This document shows, piece after piece, positions 1 through 10,948 of a stretch of 64,000 nt of DNA (within the stretch, counting starts at the first letter, position 1; each line of letters starts with the position of its first letter). The position numbers and the translations under genes are program-made. The stretch covers positions 22,015 to 86,014 of the forward strand of contig JBBIMH010000016.1 in assembly GCA_037444505.1 (NCBI GenBank), written 5' to 3'. This stretch comes from Nitrospirota bacterium (GTDB lineage Bacteria > Nitrospirota > UBA9217). A model generated the notes under the pieces. That model was not told the DNA's origin and ran no database searches. It saw only the letters and a program-made list of their open reading frames with translations.

Positions 1-908
1 ATGAGATCCCATTTGTTCAAGAGTATGATGATGCCTTTGCCCGACTCGTGCGCGAGCCCTACTATGCGCTCGTCCTGCTCGGTGACGCCCTCAGAGGCAT
101 CGATCAGGACGAGAGCGATATCCGCGCTCTCCATGCTCTTCATGGCCCTCATCACGCTGTATTTCTCGACGCCCCGGCTGATTCGTCCTCTGCTCCTTAT
201 ACCCGCTGTGTCCACAAGGAGGTATTTTCTGCCGTAGTAGGTGTAGATGCTGTCCACCGCATCTCGGGTAGTGCCCGGCACGTCGCTCACTATCATCCTT
301 TCCTCTCCCATGAGAGAGTTCACGAAGGACGACTTTCCCACGTTCGGTCTGCCTATCACTGCTACACGCGGCATCCTGGAAAGGGTATCTTCGCCTCCCT
401 GCGCAGACGTCTCCGGCAGCATGCGCCACAGTGCATCCATTAGGTCAGAAAAACCAGGGCCGTGCTTCGCGGACAGGGGATAGAGTATATCGCTACCGAG
501 TCTATAGAAGTCCGGCAGCAGCGCCTCATGCCTTGCGCCGTCAACCTTGTTGACCGCGTAGAGCACGGGCTTGCCAGATGCTCGCAGCCGGCTCGCCACT
601 TCTATGTCTGCAGGCAGCAGACCATCCATACCATCCATGAGGAAGACGATGATATCGGCCTCTTCGACCGCGAGCGTGGTCTGCTCGCGCATCTTCATGT
701 ACATGGGATCATCTGCCTCCGGCTCGAATCCGCCCGTATCGACGATAAGAAAACGCCTGCCTTCCCACTCGGCCTCTGCGTAGTTCCTGTCTCTGGTGAC
801 GCCGGGCATGTCTTCTATCACGGCAAGGTTCCGGCCTATTATCCTGTTGAACAGGGTAGATTTGCCCACATTCGGCCTGCCTACTATGGCTACGATCGGT
901 CTCGGCAT
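1..908 (-). CDS. der: GTPase Der (EngA), N-terminal ~302 codons; the 3' end runs off the window
   Basis: Absent from the supplied ORF track because it is open at the window edge. My translation of the reverse complement from the ATG at 906-908 gives [27 protein letters not shown]...DTGG, then a second G domain [19 protein letters not shown]...DTAG. Tandem P-loop GTPase domains are diagnostic of Der. Confidence 0.9.
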   Translation of the reverse strand, partial: MPRPIVAIVGRPNVGKSTLFNRIIGRNLAVIEDMPGVTRDRNYAEAEWEGRRFLIVDTGGFEPEADDPMYMKMREQTTLAVEEADIIVFLMDGMDGLLPADIEVASRLRASGKPVLYAVNKVDGARHEALLPDFYRLGSDILYPLSAKHGPGFSDLMDALWRMLPETSAQGGEDTLSRMPRVAVIGRPNVGKSSFVNSLMGEERMIVSDVPGTTRDAVDSIYTYYGRKYLLVDTAGIRSRGRISRGVEKYSVMRAMKSMESADIALVLIDASEGVTEQDERIVGLAHESGKGIIILLNKWDL

Positions 909-1056
909 AGGATTCTTCTATCTGCGGATTAGAATGAGCGGCATTCTGTCCCGCTAGATGTACTATACAATTTTCCTCCTGTCGATTCAAGAAAAACCCT
1001 TGCAGATACCGCATATTTATGATATTTTTCATCATCCTTATCCACTGGAGGCGCAT

Positions 1057-1578
1057 ATGAAATGGTTTGCAGCGCTTTTGGCTGTAGTGTTGTCGGCTCT
1101 CGTGGCAGCGTCGGCGTGGTCGGGCTTCTACCGCTGGGTGGACATAGACGGCAGGGAGTTCTATACTAACGACATCGCCAAGATACCCGCGGAATACAGG
1201 GTAAAGGCCTCTCCAGTCGAGCCGAATGAGGGCCGCGTGAGCATCGGAGACGTACATGCGCTGCAGGCGGAGCGGATCTCTGTCTCCGAGCACAAGGATA
1301 TAAAAGGCCGGGGGGAGGCCTATTGGCGGGAGAGGGCGCAGAGTCTCAGGCGCAAGATCGCGCAGCTCCAGGACGAGTATGAGATGATTCAAAGACAGGA
1401 GAGGGAGCAGGAGGAGAAGGATAAGACCTCGATACGGCCCAAGAAGAAGACGTCGGGCAAGTCCGTCAAGAGAAAACTCGTCGTGGAGAAGAAGCTTGCC
1501 AGGCTCAAGAGGGAGCTCGAGGTAGAGCTTCCTGAAGAGGTAAGAAAGGCGGGCGCCTATCCTGGGTGGATAAGATAA
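1057..1578 (+). CDS. DUF4124-like secreted protein with a Lys/Glu-rich coiled-coil tail
   Basis: Internal ATG at 1057, preceded by GGAGG at 1045-1049. Signal peptide MKWFAALLAVVLSALVAASA, then FYRWVDIDGREFYTND, which is typical of DUF4124. Confidence 0.6.
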   Translation: MKWFAALLAVVLSALVAASAWSGFYRWVDIDGREFYTNDIAKIPAEYRVKASPVEPNEGRVSIGDVHALQAERISVSEHKDIKGRGEAYWRERAQSLRRKIAQLQDEYEMIQRQEREQEEKDKTSIRPKKKTSGKSVKRKLVVEKKLARLKRELEVELPEEVRKAGAYPGWIR

Positions 1579-1599
1579 TAGATGTAGCTATTTGTATGA

Positions 1600-4104
1600 T
1601 TGAGCATTGGAGCATTATATCGGAGGTTTCAGTTGGAAGAACGCTATGATCCGAAAAAGATAGAGGCACGCTGGCAGGCCTTCTGGACGGAGAACAAGAC
1701 ATTCAAGGTCACTGAAGATCAGTCGAGGCCGAAGTATTACTGTCTCGAGATGTTCCCGTATCCATCCGGCAGGATACACATGGGACATGTGCGCAATTAT
1801 GCGATCGGAGACGTGATCGCCCGCTACAAGAGGATGCGCGGCTACAATGTTCTCCACCCGATGGGATGGGACGCCTTCGGACTTCCGGCGGAGAATGCGG
1901 CGATAAAGCACGGCATACACCCATCGAAGTGGACGATGGAGAACATTGCGTACATGCGCGACAGCCAACTCAAGCGCATGGGCCTTTCGTATGATTGGGA
2001 CAGGGAGGTGACCACCTGTCTTCCGGAGTATTACAAGTGGAACCAATGGTTCTTTCTCAGGATGTACGAGAGGGGACTGGCATACAAGAAGCTTTCGTAT
2101 GTCAACTGGTGTCCATCGTGTGCGACCGTGCTTGCTAACGAGCAGGTGGAGCAGGGGCTGTGCTGGAGATGCGGCTCTGTCGTCACGCACAAGGAGCTCG
2201 AGCAGTGGTTTTTCAAGATTACGGACTATGCAGAGGAGCTCTTGTCATCTCTCGACGGCCTCAAAGGCTGGCCCGAGCGCGTGCTCACTATGCAGCGGAA
2301 TTGGCTTGGCAGGTCCACAGGCGTAGAGGTGGACTTCACCATCGAGGATACTGGCGAGAAGCTCACGATATTCACCACGAGACCGGACACGCTCTTTGGG
2401 GTCACATTTATGACCATTGCGCCCGAGCATCCAGCGCTCGAGCCGCTCATTAGGGGAAAGAAGCAAGCCCCGGAAGTGCGCGCATTCGTCGAGCGTGTTA
2501 TGCGGGAGGACAAGGCGGCACGCACGGACGAGTCGAGGGAGAAAGAAGGCGTCTTCACAGGCGCGTATGCCATAAATCCGCTGAACAAAGACAGGGTGCC
2601 GATCTGGGTAGGGAACTTCGTCCTGATGGAGTACGGCACAGGCGCGATCATGTCTGTGCCTGCGCATGACCAGAGGGACTTCGAATTCGCAAAGAAATAC
2701 GGACTCGACATAAAGGTCGTCATCCAGAATCCCGAAGGAAGCCTCGTTGCCGAGAAGATGAAGGAGGCATATACAGCGGACGGCGTGATGGCGGACTCAG
2801 GCAGGTTCAGCGGCCTCTCCAATACCGAAGGCAAGGAGAGGATTGCGGAGTTCATAGAGAAAGAAGGCATCGGCAGGCGCACCGTGAACTGGAGGCTGCG
2901 CGATTGGGGCATCTCCAGGCAGAGATACTGGGGGACCCCCATTCCCATCATATATTGCGACAGATGCGGCACAGTGCCCGTCCCCGACAAAGACCTGCCT
3001 GTGCTCCTTCCGACGGACGTGCAGTTCACCGGCAAGGGGCTTTCTCCGCTCGCGGATGCGAAGTCGTTCAGGGAGACGGAATGCCCGAGATGCGGCGCCG
3101 CGGCGAGGCGAGAGACGGACACGATGGATACATTCGTGGACTCCTCATGGTACTTTCTGCGCTACTGCTCACCCAGGTTAGAGTTTGCGCCGTTCGATAA
3201 GAAGGCGGCTGCCTACTGGATGAACGTCGATCAGTACATAGGCGGCATAGAGCATGCCGTGCTCCATCTCCTGTATGCACGCTTCTTTACGAAGGTGATC
3301 CGTGACCTTGGGCTCTATGACGGTGACGAGCCGTTTGGGAACCTTCTGACGCAGGGGATGGTGATCAAAGACGGGGCGAAGATGAGCAAGTCCAAGGGCA
3401 ATGTGGTTGACCCTGACTTCATCATCTCCAAATACGGCGCGGATACTGCAAGGCTCTTTTCGCTGTTTGCGGCCCCGCCTGAAAAAGACCTCGACTGGAG
3501 CGACCAGGGTGTGGAGGGTGCCTACAGATTCCTCCATCGGGTATGGGCTTTGGTGTATAAATTCGGGCCGCAAGTCAAGGCCGTCCGTCCGGCGGGAAGC
3601 GAGGCCATGGGAGACAGGCTGTTTCGGAAGACCCATCAGACGATCAAGAAGGTGACAGAGGATATAGAGCGCGAGTTCCAGTTCAATACCGCGATCGCAG
3701 CCATGATGGAGCTCGTAAACGAGATATATGATTGCACAGGAAAGGGAGTAGCAGAGGCCCAGCTTCCCATATTGAAGTCCGCACTCGAGACCCTCACCCT
3801 GCTTCTAGCGCCGTTCGCGCCCCATTTCGCCGAGGAGCTGTGGGAGGGACTCGGACACGGACCGAGCATAGCCAGTGTCCCGTGGCCGGTACATGATCCC
3901 GAGGCGATAAAGGAGTCGGAGATAACCATAGTTGTGCAGGTGAACGGCAAGGTGAGGAGCAAACTTTTGCTTTCCGCCGGCGTTTCGGACAGTGAGATAG
4001 AGGCTGCGGCGCTTGCAGATCCGAAGGTGAAGGAATACACGGACGGAAGACCGCCGAAGAAGGTGATCATCGTCCAGAGAAAGCTCGTGAATGTGGTAGT
4101 ATGA
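1600..4104 (+). CDS. leuS: leucine--tRNA ligase
   Basis: 834-aa ORF with class I HIGH-type (HMGH) and KMSKS motifs and end-to-end LeuS-like sequence. The true start may be the TTG about 30 nt downstream. Confidence 0.97.
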   Translation: MSIGALYRRFQLEERYDPKKIEARWQAFWTENKTFKVTEDQSRPKYYCLEMFPYPSGRIHMGHVRNYAIGDVIARYKRMRGYNVLHPMGWDAFGLPAENAAIKHGIHPSKWTMENIAYMRDSQLKRMGLSYDWDREVTTCLPEYYKWNQWFFLRMYERGLAYKKLSYVNWCPSCATVLANEQVEQGLCWRCGSVVTHKELEQWFFKITDYAEELLSSLDGLKGWPERVLTMQRNWLGRSTGVEVDFTIEDTGEKLTIFTTRPDTLFGVTFMTIAPEHPALEPLIRGKKQAPEVRAFVERVMREDKAARTDESREKEGVFTGAYAINPLNKDRVPIWVGNFVLMEYGTGAIMSVPAHDQRDFEFAKKYGLDIKVVIQNPEGSLVAEKMKEAYTADGVMADSGRFSGLSNTEGKERIAEFIEKEGIGRRTVNWRLRDWGISRQRYWGTPIPIIYCDRCGTVPVPDKDLPVLLPTDVQFTGKGLSPLADAKSFRETECPRCGAAARRETDTMDTFVDSSWYFLRYCSPRLEFAPFDKKAAAYWMNVDQYIGGIEHAVLHLLYARFFTKVIRDLGLYDGDEPFGNLLTQGMVIKDGAKMSKSKGNVVDPDFIISKYGADTARLFSLFAAPPEKDLDWSDQGVEGAYRFLHRVWALVYKFGPQVKAVRPAGSEAMGDRLFRKTHQTIKKVTEDIEREFQFNTAIAAMMELVNEIYDCTGKGVAEAQLPILKSALETLTLLLAPFAPHFAEELWEGLGHGPSIASVPWPVHDPEAIKESEITIVVQVNGKVRSKLLLSAGVSDSEIEAAALADPKVKEYTDGRPPKKVIIVQRKLVNVVV

Positions 4105-4223
4105 GCATAGAATCCTGCATTCTGATGCTTAAGTGCTGAACGATCTCGTATATGCGAATTTGGGGAGTATGATATTTCCCGGCATCACAAGTTTCGGATC
4201 CAGGGGCAGATAAGAGCTTTGTC

Positions 4224-4781
4224 ATGCGACGAACAGCGCAGTTCATGATAATAAGTGTATCGCTGCTATTCCTGTCGGCAGCGCTCGCCTCATGCGGCTA
4301 CCGGCTGTCTGGCACAGGCGACCTGTTGCTAAAGGATGCCAAGTCCATAGCAATTCCCGTATTCATAAACAGTACGAACGAGCCGTATCTGGATGTAGAG
4401 TTGACGAAGGCGGTGGTGGACGAATTCATAGCTGACGGAAGACTTCGTGTCGCGGATCAGGATACTGCGGACCTCGCGCTGAGGGGCAGGATCACGATGT
4501 TCGATGTTACTCCGATTTCATATACACGCGAATCCCTCGTGCAGCAGTATAGGGTGAGGGTGGTCGTGGACGCTTCTTTGGAAGATCTCAGGACGAAGAA
4601 GGTCTTGTGGCAGGAGAAGGGGATAGAGGCGCTGTTCATATCGGATTATCCGGTTGCATACGATTCCACGAACAAACTCGCCGATATCAGAGCGACGAAG
4701 ATCAACAAAGAGTCGGCCGTGAAGAAGGCCAGCCAGGACATCGCCTGGACCCTCAGGAGCAGGGTCCTTGAGGGATTTTGA
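4224..4781 (+). CDS. lptE: LPS-assembly lipoprotein LptE (RlpB)
   Basis: Lipobox LASCGY with the CGYRLSG start typical of LptE. Conserved leuS-lptE-holA gene order. Confidence 0.75.
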   Translation: MRRTAQFMIISVSLLFLSAALASCGYRLSGTGDLLLKDAKSIAIPVFINSTNEPYLDVELTKAVVDEFIADGRLRVADQDTADLALRGRITMFDVTPISYTRESLVQQYRVRVVVDASLEDLRTKKVLWQEKGIEALFISDYPVAYDSTNKLADIRATKINKESAVKKASQDIAWTLRSRVLEGF

Positions 4782-4887
4782 TCGGGCGAGGAGTCAGAAA
4801 TAGGTTCGAGATATTATTCACGATTTTGATTTTTCGGTATCGTTCTGGCTCTATTGATCGATCCGGATTTTTGCGCGTCGCATAACG

Positions 4888-5907
4888 ATGATCAAACGCT
4901 CGCAGCTCATATCCGACATCAGGCGCGGAAACATTCTGCCTGTTTATCTCTTCTATGGAGAAGAGGAGTTCCTCATCCGCGAGGCGGTTGAGCTTATCGC
5001 ACAGAAGGTCGTCGACCCCGCCACGCGCGACTTCAATCTCAGCACAATCTATTGTCGCGAGGCATCCGCATCAGACATCATAGGCATTGCGCAGACCCTG
5101 CCCTTTATGGCAACCAAGAGGCTCATCATCGCCAGGGACATAGATGCATTCAAGTCCGCTGATTTAGAGGCGCTAATTCCATACCTCAGGGATCCATCTC
5201 CCAATACCTGTCTCGTCATGCTATCGAGCCAGAGAAGGTACGACAAGAAGACCGTCATATCTGCTGTGGAAGAAGGCGGGGGCGCGGTCGTCGCCTTCTA
5301 TGCCCTGAAGGAATCCGATGTCTTCGAGTGGATAATCGGTTGGGCGGACACGCGCGGCATAAAGATCGCATCCGAGGCGGTCCACTTCATCGTCCAGATA
5401 GTCGGCAATGACCTCCAGAAGATAAAAAGCGAGCTCGAGAAGGTGGAAATATACATGAAGGGCAGAAAGGCGGTCACGCTCGAAGATGCGAGAAGGGTGG
5501 TCGGCGATTTTAGAGAGTATAACCCCTTCGACCTTGCGGAGGCCATAGGCCATAGAGACGTTCAGAAGGCCTTACTCGTGCTTGCGAGGCTTCTTCAGGA
5601 AGGAGAAGAGCCTGTCGGGCTCATCGGCGCGATTGCATGGAACATGAGAAGGCTCTTGAAGGCGAAGGCCATGCAGGCATCCGGAAAGGGCTACGAAGAA
5701 ATAAAGAAGAGACTGAATGTGCTCTGGCTCCATTCTGCTTCTTTCATGGAGCAGATGAACAGCTTCAGCGAGCCGGAGCTTAAAGAAGCATTCGGCGCCT
5801 TACTCCAGGCCGACCGGCTGCTCAAGACCGGCGGCCAAGAAGCCAGGCTGGTGTTGGACGGATTGATACTGAAACTCTGCGGTAGCCGGCTCCCGGAGCG
5901 GGCATAG
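4888..5907 (+). CDS. holA: DNA polymerase III subunit delta
   Basis: 339 aa with the N-terminal PVYLFYGEEEFL signature of HolA and its position after lptE. Confidence 0.85.
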   Translation: MIKRSQLISDIRRGNILPVYLFYGEEEFLIREAVELIAQKVVDPATRDFNLSTIYCREASASDIIGIAQTLPFMATKRLIIARDIDAFKSADLEALIPYLRDPSPNTCLVMLSSQRRYDKKTVISAVEEGGGAVVAFYALKESDVFEWIIGWADTRGIKIASEAVHFIVQIVGNDLQKIKSELEKVEIYMKGRKAVTLEDARRVVGDFREYNPFDLAEAIGHRDVQKALLVLARLLQEGEEPVGLIGAIAWNMRRLLKAKAMQASGKGYEEIKKRLNVLWLHSASFMEQMNSFSEPELKEAFGALLQADRLLKTGGQEARLVLDGLILKLCGSRLPERA

Positions 5908-5972
5908 ACGAAATTCAGCGCGGATCGCGCGGATGTAATGCGCCCACCGTCGTAATCGCTTACCTGCCGCTA

Positions 5973-6257
5973 TTATGCCGCCAGGCCGCTCACCTTGGAA
6001 GCGAGCCTCGATATCTTCCTAGAAGCGGTGTTCTTGTGAAGGACTCCCTGCGAGGCCGCCTTGTGATACGCCTTCATTGCCTTCACAAAGGTCTCCTTTG
6101 CGAGCTCTGCATTCTTTGCCGAGACAGCCTGCTCAACCTTCTTAGCGAGGGTCTTGAGCATAGACTTTACAGATTTGTTCCTGATGTGCCTTTTTTCCGC
6201 CTGCCGGCCCCTCTTGAGCCCGGATTTTTTTCTGCTGGATTTTTTCTGCGCTGCCAC
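5973..6257 (-). CDS. rpsT: 30S ribosomal protein S20
   Basis: Basic Ala/Lys-rich S20 sequence (KRHIRNKSVKSMLKT...HKNTASRKISRL). I prefer the in-frame GTG at 6255-6257 because AGGAGG lies 6 nt upstream; the track start at 6299 adds a non-S20 extension. Confidence 0.9.
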   Translation of the reverse strand: MAAQKKSSRKKSGLKRGRQAEKRHIRNKSVKSMLKTLAKKVEQAVSAKNAELAKETFVKAMKAYHKAASQGVLHKNTASRKISRLASKVSGLAA

Positions 6258-6551
6258 TTGCGGCCTCCTTTTTCCTTTGAACGTATCGTCAAGAACCAAC
6301 TACAGAGCCCACGGGGAAGGACATGTAAGGAAGGAGCAAAACTACTTAGCGTCCTCCTCTGCGCCTTCGGCGTCCTCCGCGATTAAAAAGCTTTTTACGA
6401 GCTTGTCAAATTTTAACCTATGAGCTCAGAGCATTTTATTGAGTCAATTCCTCGGTGGGCTCAGTGGTCTCATCTCTTTTTTATGAAACTTTTTGGCATT
6501 ACCCCTTTGAAATAGAGCAGTTATTTAACATATAGACTGGGCGGTTGTCAA

Positions 6552-6581
6552 GGATAAAAAAGGCCCGGCAAAAGACCGGGC
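6552..6581 (-). terminator. Intrinsic-terminator-like hairpin (GCCCGG-N7-CCGGGC followed by CTTTTTTAT) read on the minus strand
   Basis: Perfect 6-bp GC stem at 6563-6568/6576-6581. On the minus strand it is followed by a T-tract (complement of 6554-6562). Confidence 0.45.
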
Positions 6582-6816
6582 AATGACATTTCCATCCGAC
6601 GGCTGTATGGCAGCCCGTAGGTTGGGCATGATTTTTATGCCAAACACATACGCCTGCGCCGATTTTGTCGGACAAGGTGAACCGTTTCGCCCAACCTATA
6701 TTCTTCATAAATCGTGCATGGTCAAACCAGCCTATCCACGAAGCTGCCATCAAATGAGATTTGCCGACGAGCTACTGTTTTCCTTCTGAAAAACAGAGAC
6801 CTGTGGCAATGATAAA

Positions 6817-6845
6817 TTGCTTTTCCATTCCGACGGCTGTATAAT
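6817..6845 (+). promoter_or_regulatory. Sigma70-like promoter for rluB (TTGCTT-17 nt-TATAAT)
   Basis: TTGCTT at 6817-6822, exactly 17 nt of spacer, TATAAT at 6840-6845. The rluB ATG is at 6872. Confidence 0.45.
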
Positions 6846-6871
6846 TACAACCATTCGATTATTCTCTTGCT

Positions 6872-7621
6872 ATGTTGGAACGACTTCAAAAAATAATTTC
6901 TTCGTCCGGTATCGCCTCTCGCAGGGCGGCCGAGCAGCTCATCCTCGATGGCAGGGTGAAGGTGAACGGCAGGGTCGTCACCGAGCTCGGGACGAAGGCG
7001 GATCCCGAACGGGATGCCATAAAGGTGGACGGCAGGCTCATAAATCCCAAGCAGCCGAAGACCTATATCATGCTCAATAAGCCTGCGGGCTATATGACCA
7101 CCCTCTCGGATCCCGAAGATAGACCCACAGTGAAGGATCTCTTGAAAGGGCTCAAGGCCCGAGTCTATCCTGTCGGCAGGCTCGATTATAACACAGAAGG
7201 CCTTTTGCTCCTTACGAACGATGGAGATTGGGCGCATGTTATAATGCATCCGTCCTTCGAGCTGCCGAAGACATATCTCGTGAAGATAAAGGGCATCCTC
7301 GACCGGAAGGATGTAGAGATGCTCGAGTCAGGGGTATATCTCGAGGAAGGGAAGACTGCACCTGCGAAGGTGAGGCTCGTCAGGAAGGAGAAGGCAAATT
7401 CCTGGGTCGAGATAACCATCCATGAAGGCAGAAGGCGCCAGGTCAGGCGCATGTTCGACAGGGTGGATCACTCCGTGATAAAGCTCAAGCGCATAAAGAT
7501 CGGACCGCTCTCGCTCGGCACGCTCGTCGTCGGCAAGTACAGGCACCTGACGCCTTCCGAGGTAGAGGCCCTACATGAGGCGGCTGAGAAAGGGCAAAAG
7601 AAAAAGAGGACGATGAATTAG
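6872..7621 (+). CDS. rluB: 23S rRNA pseudouridine synthase, RsuA/RluB family
   Basis: N-terminal S4 domain (LQKIISSSGIASRRAAEQLILDGRVKVNG), the catalytic GRLDYNTEGLLLLTNDG motif and a Lys-rich tail. Confidence 0.9.
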   Translation: MLERLQKIISSSGIASRRAAEQLILDGRVKVNGRVVTELGTKADPERDAIKVDGRLINPKQPKTYIMLNKPAGYMTTLSDPEDRPTVKDLLKGLKARVYPVGRLDYNTEGLLLLTNDGDWAHVIMHPSFELPKTYLVKIKGILDRKDVEMLESGVYLEEGKTAPAKVRLVRKEKANSWVEITIHEGRRRQVRRMFDRVDHSVIKLKRIKIGPLSLGTLVVGKYRHLTPSEVEALHEAAEKGQKKKRTMN

Positions 7622-7634
7622 GGGGTGGGGCCGG

Positions 7635-7919
7635 ATGGAAAAGATTCGAGCTCATGTAATCATCCACGGACTCGTGCAGGGAGTATATTTTCGGGCGAGC
7701 ACGCGTGAAGAGGCAGCGAGGCTCGGTCTGACCGGGTGGGTCAGGAACCTCCCTGACGGCTCTGTGGAGGCAGTATTCGAAGGCGAAAAGAAGAAGGTGG
7801 AAGAAATCGTCGGCTGGTGCCACAAAGGGCCTTCCGGCGCAAGGGTATCCAAGGTCGATATATCATGGGAGCCCTACACAGGCAGGTTCTCGAGGTTCGA
7901 GATAAGATATGGCTGGTAG
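7635..7919 (+). CDS. acyP: acylphosphatase
   Basis: 94 aa with the VQGVYFRASTREEA...GWVRNLPDGSVE signature. Confidence 0.9.
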   Translation: MEKIRAHVIIHGLVQGVYFRASTREEAARLGLTGWVRNLPDGSVEAVFEGEKKKVEEIVGWCHKGPSGARVSKVDISWEPYTGRFSRFEIRYGW

Positions 7920-8631
7920 ATGGCTTGGTCCTGCGCTTTCCATCTTGATCATAACGTCCTGTTCATCAGAGAAGCCTGAGACTCCGGCGCAGTCTGCCTC
8001 AGAGCCGATCGTAATGATTAGACCTAGGCAGCAGGCTCTGACTGATGTGCAGAGGGTGGAGCTCGGCTTCCCCCTGGAGACGATAACACTTGTGGAGCGG
8101 CTTGCAGGCGCCAGGGCAGAGCCTTTCTATGAAACAGTGTTCGCGCCGTCCGAGAACCTCAAAGGAGATGACATGATCGCCAGGGAGAGGCTCGCTGGTT
8201 TCAGCGTAAGGACGAACAGGGCCGAAGGCCTCATATCCCGTTTGTCCGGGAGGCTGCGCGCTCAAGGGTATCTGATATTCAGGAGCGAGATAAATTACGG
8301 AAAGGTGCCTGATGTCGTCACTGTGATCAGGGGCATGAGCTCCTACGATATACTGAAAATACAACATACAGAGGCCCCTAACTACAAGCTCGATACAAAG
8401 GCGATCATATCATGGCTCCGGGCCAGGCAGAAAGATGCGCCTTTCGTGATTACAGGCGCAGGTCCGGACTGGCTCGAGGCGAAGTTCATCAGACCGCCGA
8501 AGAACACCCGGGCCTTCGCACGCGCGATTTCATCATTCGCTCCGGACGCGCTGTTGCATGGTCCGGGCAGCGTGGAGAGGCTCTCGTCGGAGATAAAGAG
8601 GACCCAGAGGTTCTTTCTCTGGTGGGATTGA
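7909..8631 (+). CDS. Hypothetical lipoprotein (C-terminus tentatively DUF4253-like, ending FFLWWD)
   Basis: Lipobox IITSCS near the N-terminus. Coding-like composition and an 11-nt overlap with acyP. The family assignment is from memory only. Confidence 0.5.
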   Translation: MAGRWLGPALSILIITSCSSEKPETPAQSASEPIVMIRPRQQALTDVQRVELGFPLETITLVERLAGARAEPFYETVFAPSENLKGDDMIARERLAGFSVRTNRAEGLISRLSGRLRAQGYLIFRSEINYGKVPDVVTVIRGMSSYDILKIQHTEAPNYKLDTKAIISWLRARQKDAPFVITGAGPDWLEAKFIRPPKNTRAFARAISSFAPDALLHGPGSVERLSSEIKRTQRFFLWWD

Positions 8632-8659
8632 TGAAGTCGCGCAGAAATGAGGAGATGCC

Positions 8660-9556
8660 GTGCGGCTCGGAAAAGGGACGGAAACCGTGCTGAAGCTGCT
8701 GATTTTCATCCTTCTTTCTGTATCCGCGGTTTCATTCGTCCTGGTCTATATAAATACGCATTCTCCGCGCTATCCACTCTACTTACCTCCATCCGAGTAC
8801 ATGGCCGATTATGAAACCGTATTTTTCGAGAGCGAAGACAGGGTGAGGCTTTCCGGCTGGCTCGTGAAGCCGACCCGCCAGGCTGCGAAGAATCCGGGCA
8901 TAATCATCTGCCACGGACTCGGCGCGGACAAGTCCGACTTCACAGGTCTTGCGGCGTTTCTCGCACGCAGGGGATATTTGGTTCTGCTCTTCGACTTTCG
9001 TGCGCACGGCGAGAGCGGCGGCAAGAGGAGCTCCCTCGGCCTGCATGAGCAGAAAGACGCCGCTGCTGCATTTAAGTTCCTATCATCGAGGCCGGAGGTG
9101 GACAGCCGGCGCATAGGCATCTACGGCTTCTCCCTTGGCGGAGCAGTAGCGATACTGACTGCTGCGGACAAAGGTGTGTTCGGTGCGGTGGTGGCGGACA
9201 GCGCGTTTACGAGCCTCGAGGACCAGGCCAGGGATGCAATTACCGGTTTCTATCACCTGCCTGCTTTCCCCTTTCTGAATCTCGCGGAGTTCGCCTATGA
9301 AATATATTTCCAGGCCTCGATAGAGAGGGTTTCTCCGATAGATGCGATAGGCATGTTATCGCCTGCGCCTGTCTTGATAATAGCGGGTGGAGCGGACAGG
9401 CTCATCTCTTCTGAAAACGGCAGGATGCTCTTCGAAGCGGCATGGGAACCTAAGGAGCTATGGTTCGTCCATGGCGCAGGGCACGGCGGCACTATGGCTG
9501 CCGCCGGGCGTGAGTATGGAGAAAGGGTGGCTGAGTTTTTCGACCGGCACCTGTAA
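8660..9556 (+). CDS. Alpha/beta hydrolase with an N-terminal membrane anchor
   Basis: HG oxyanion motif (IICHGLG), GFSLGG nucleophile elbow and a C-terminal GAGH. One N-terminal TM helix. Confidence 0.8.
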   Translation: MRLGKGTETVLKLLIFILLSVSAVSFVLVYINTHSPRYPLYLPPSEYMADYETVFFESEDRVRLSGWLVKPTRQAAKNPGIIICHGLGADKSDFTGLAAFLARRGYLVLLFDFRAHGESGGKRSSLGLHEQKDAAAAFKFLSSRPEVDSRRIGIYGFSLGGAVAILTAADKGVFGAVVADSAFTSLEDQARDAITGFYHLPAFPFLNLAEFAYEIYFQASIERVSPIDAIGMLSPAPVLIIAGGADRLISSENGRMLFEAAWEPKELWFVHGAGHGGTMAAAGREYGERVAEFFDRHL

Positions 9557-9932
9557 AGGCGGATGAGCTGGAAAGCGATGGATGGATGCGGAAAAGAGCG
9601 GGCAATGATAAATAAGGCCTGCCTAAAATAGGACTTGTTTTATCATGGATAGGCTCGAGGGTCATTCGGCATGATGCTTTTTTTGATTTGCTATAATTAA
9701 ACAAGAATCTCTCGGCTGTTCCGCAGTGCCGCATCGGCGTAGATAAATAATTTCTTCTGAGCTCCATACATGGATGAAGTCGTGAGGATGCATTCGGTAT
9801 ATATTCAAGGCGGCGGCGTATTCTACATTTAAGTGGGCGACGGGCGGCCATGGCACATGAAGGTCGTGTCTTATCATGTCATCCCTAAGGAGATTGATAT
9901 ATCCTTGAGGTCAGGTCAGGAGGCGCGCGGGT

Positions 9933-10313
9933 ATGGCTGATGCATGGTGGATAGCAATATACTTCTTCTTTGTCCTGCTCCTTGTGACAGGCATGCTGGC
10001 GGCATCCTACTTTCTCGGAGAGAGGCATAAGGGACGCACCACAGCAGAGCCGTATGAGTCCGGGATAGCTCCTTACGGAAGCGCCAGGATCAGGTTCGAC
10101 GTCAAGTTCTATCTCGTGGCGGTGTTCTTCGTGATATTCGATCTCGAGGCCGTATTCATAATTGCATGGGCTGTATCCGTGCGGGAGGCGGGCTGGCCCG
10201 GTTTCATAGAGATGTCCATTTTCATTCTCATACTGCTTGCCGCCCTCATATATATTTGGCTTCAAGGAGGCCTCGATTGGTCTCAGCGCGGCAGGAGGGA
10301 TAGAGATATATGA
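9933..10313 (+). CDS. nuoA: NADH-quinone oxidoreductase subunit A
   Basis: 126 aa, 3 TM helices, YESGI and FDLE motifs. AGGAGG upstream. Confidence 0.93.
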   Translation: MADAWWIAIYFFFVLLLVTGMLAASYFLGERHKGRTTAEPYESGIAPYGSARIRFDVKFYLVAVFFVIFDLEAVFIIAWAVSVREAGWPGFIEMSIFILILLAALIYIWLQGGLDWSQRGRRDRDI

Positions 10314-10948
10314 AGTGGTCGCTTACAAGGGCGGATCAATCAATTTCCATTCCAGAGGCCTCGGGTTCGATTTACGAGAATGTGCGCCGCTCGGTGCTCC
10401 TTGCGAGGCTCGAAGACATGCTTGCTTGGAGCCGCAAGAACTCGCTCTGGCCGTTCAATTTTGGCCTTTCATGCTGCTACGTGGAGATGGCCACGAGCCT
10501 CACAAGCAAGTACGACATTGCGCGCTTCGGCTCGGAGGTGCTGAGGGGCACTCCCAGAGAGGCGGATCTCATCGTCATCGCCGGGACGGTGTTCATAAAG
10601 ATAGCGCCGATAATAAAGCGGCTGTATGAGCAGATGATGGCCCCGCGTTGGGTCATCTCGATGGGATCCTGCGCCAACTCCGGCGGCATGTACGACATAT
10701 ACAGCGTGGTGCAGGGCGTGGACAAGTTCCTCCCTGTGGATGTCTATGTGCCGGGATGTCCTCCGAGGCCCGAGGCGTTCATAGAGGGTCTGCTCATGCT
10801 GAGAGAGGCTGTGGGCAGCGAGAAGAGGCCTTTAAGCTGGATCGTCGGAGCGCATGGGGCAGAGAGGCCTGAGATGCCCTGCCGCAGAGATATGAAGCGC
10901 GATGAGCGGAGGAAGATGACAATGCTCAGGCCGCCTGATGAGGTATAG
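10310..10948 (+). CDS. nuoB: NADH-quinone oxidoreductase subunit B
   Basis: [14 protein letters not shown] and VPGCPP, the cluster N2 ligand motifs. Confidence 0.95.
   Translation: MKWSLTRADQSISIPEASGSIYENVRRSVLLARLEDMLAWSRKNSLWPFNFGLSCCYVEMATSLTSKYDIARFGSEVLRGTPREADLIVIAGTVFIKIAPIIKRLYEQMMAPRWVISMGSCANSGGMYDIYSVVQGVDKFLPVDVYVPGCPPRPEAFIEGLLMLREAVGSEKRPLSWIVGAHGAERPEMPCRRDMKRDERRKMTMLRPPDEV

Noticed and set aside
6499-6789. The 84-aa minus-strand ORF (6499-6753) and the 68-aa plus-strand ORF (6583-6789) in the rpsT-rluB gap.
   Set aside because: Neither has an RBS. The minus-strand ORF reads through a terminator-like hairpin. Composition is odd (Cys/Trp/His-rich). The region is better explained as non-coding structured RNA or promoter DNA.
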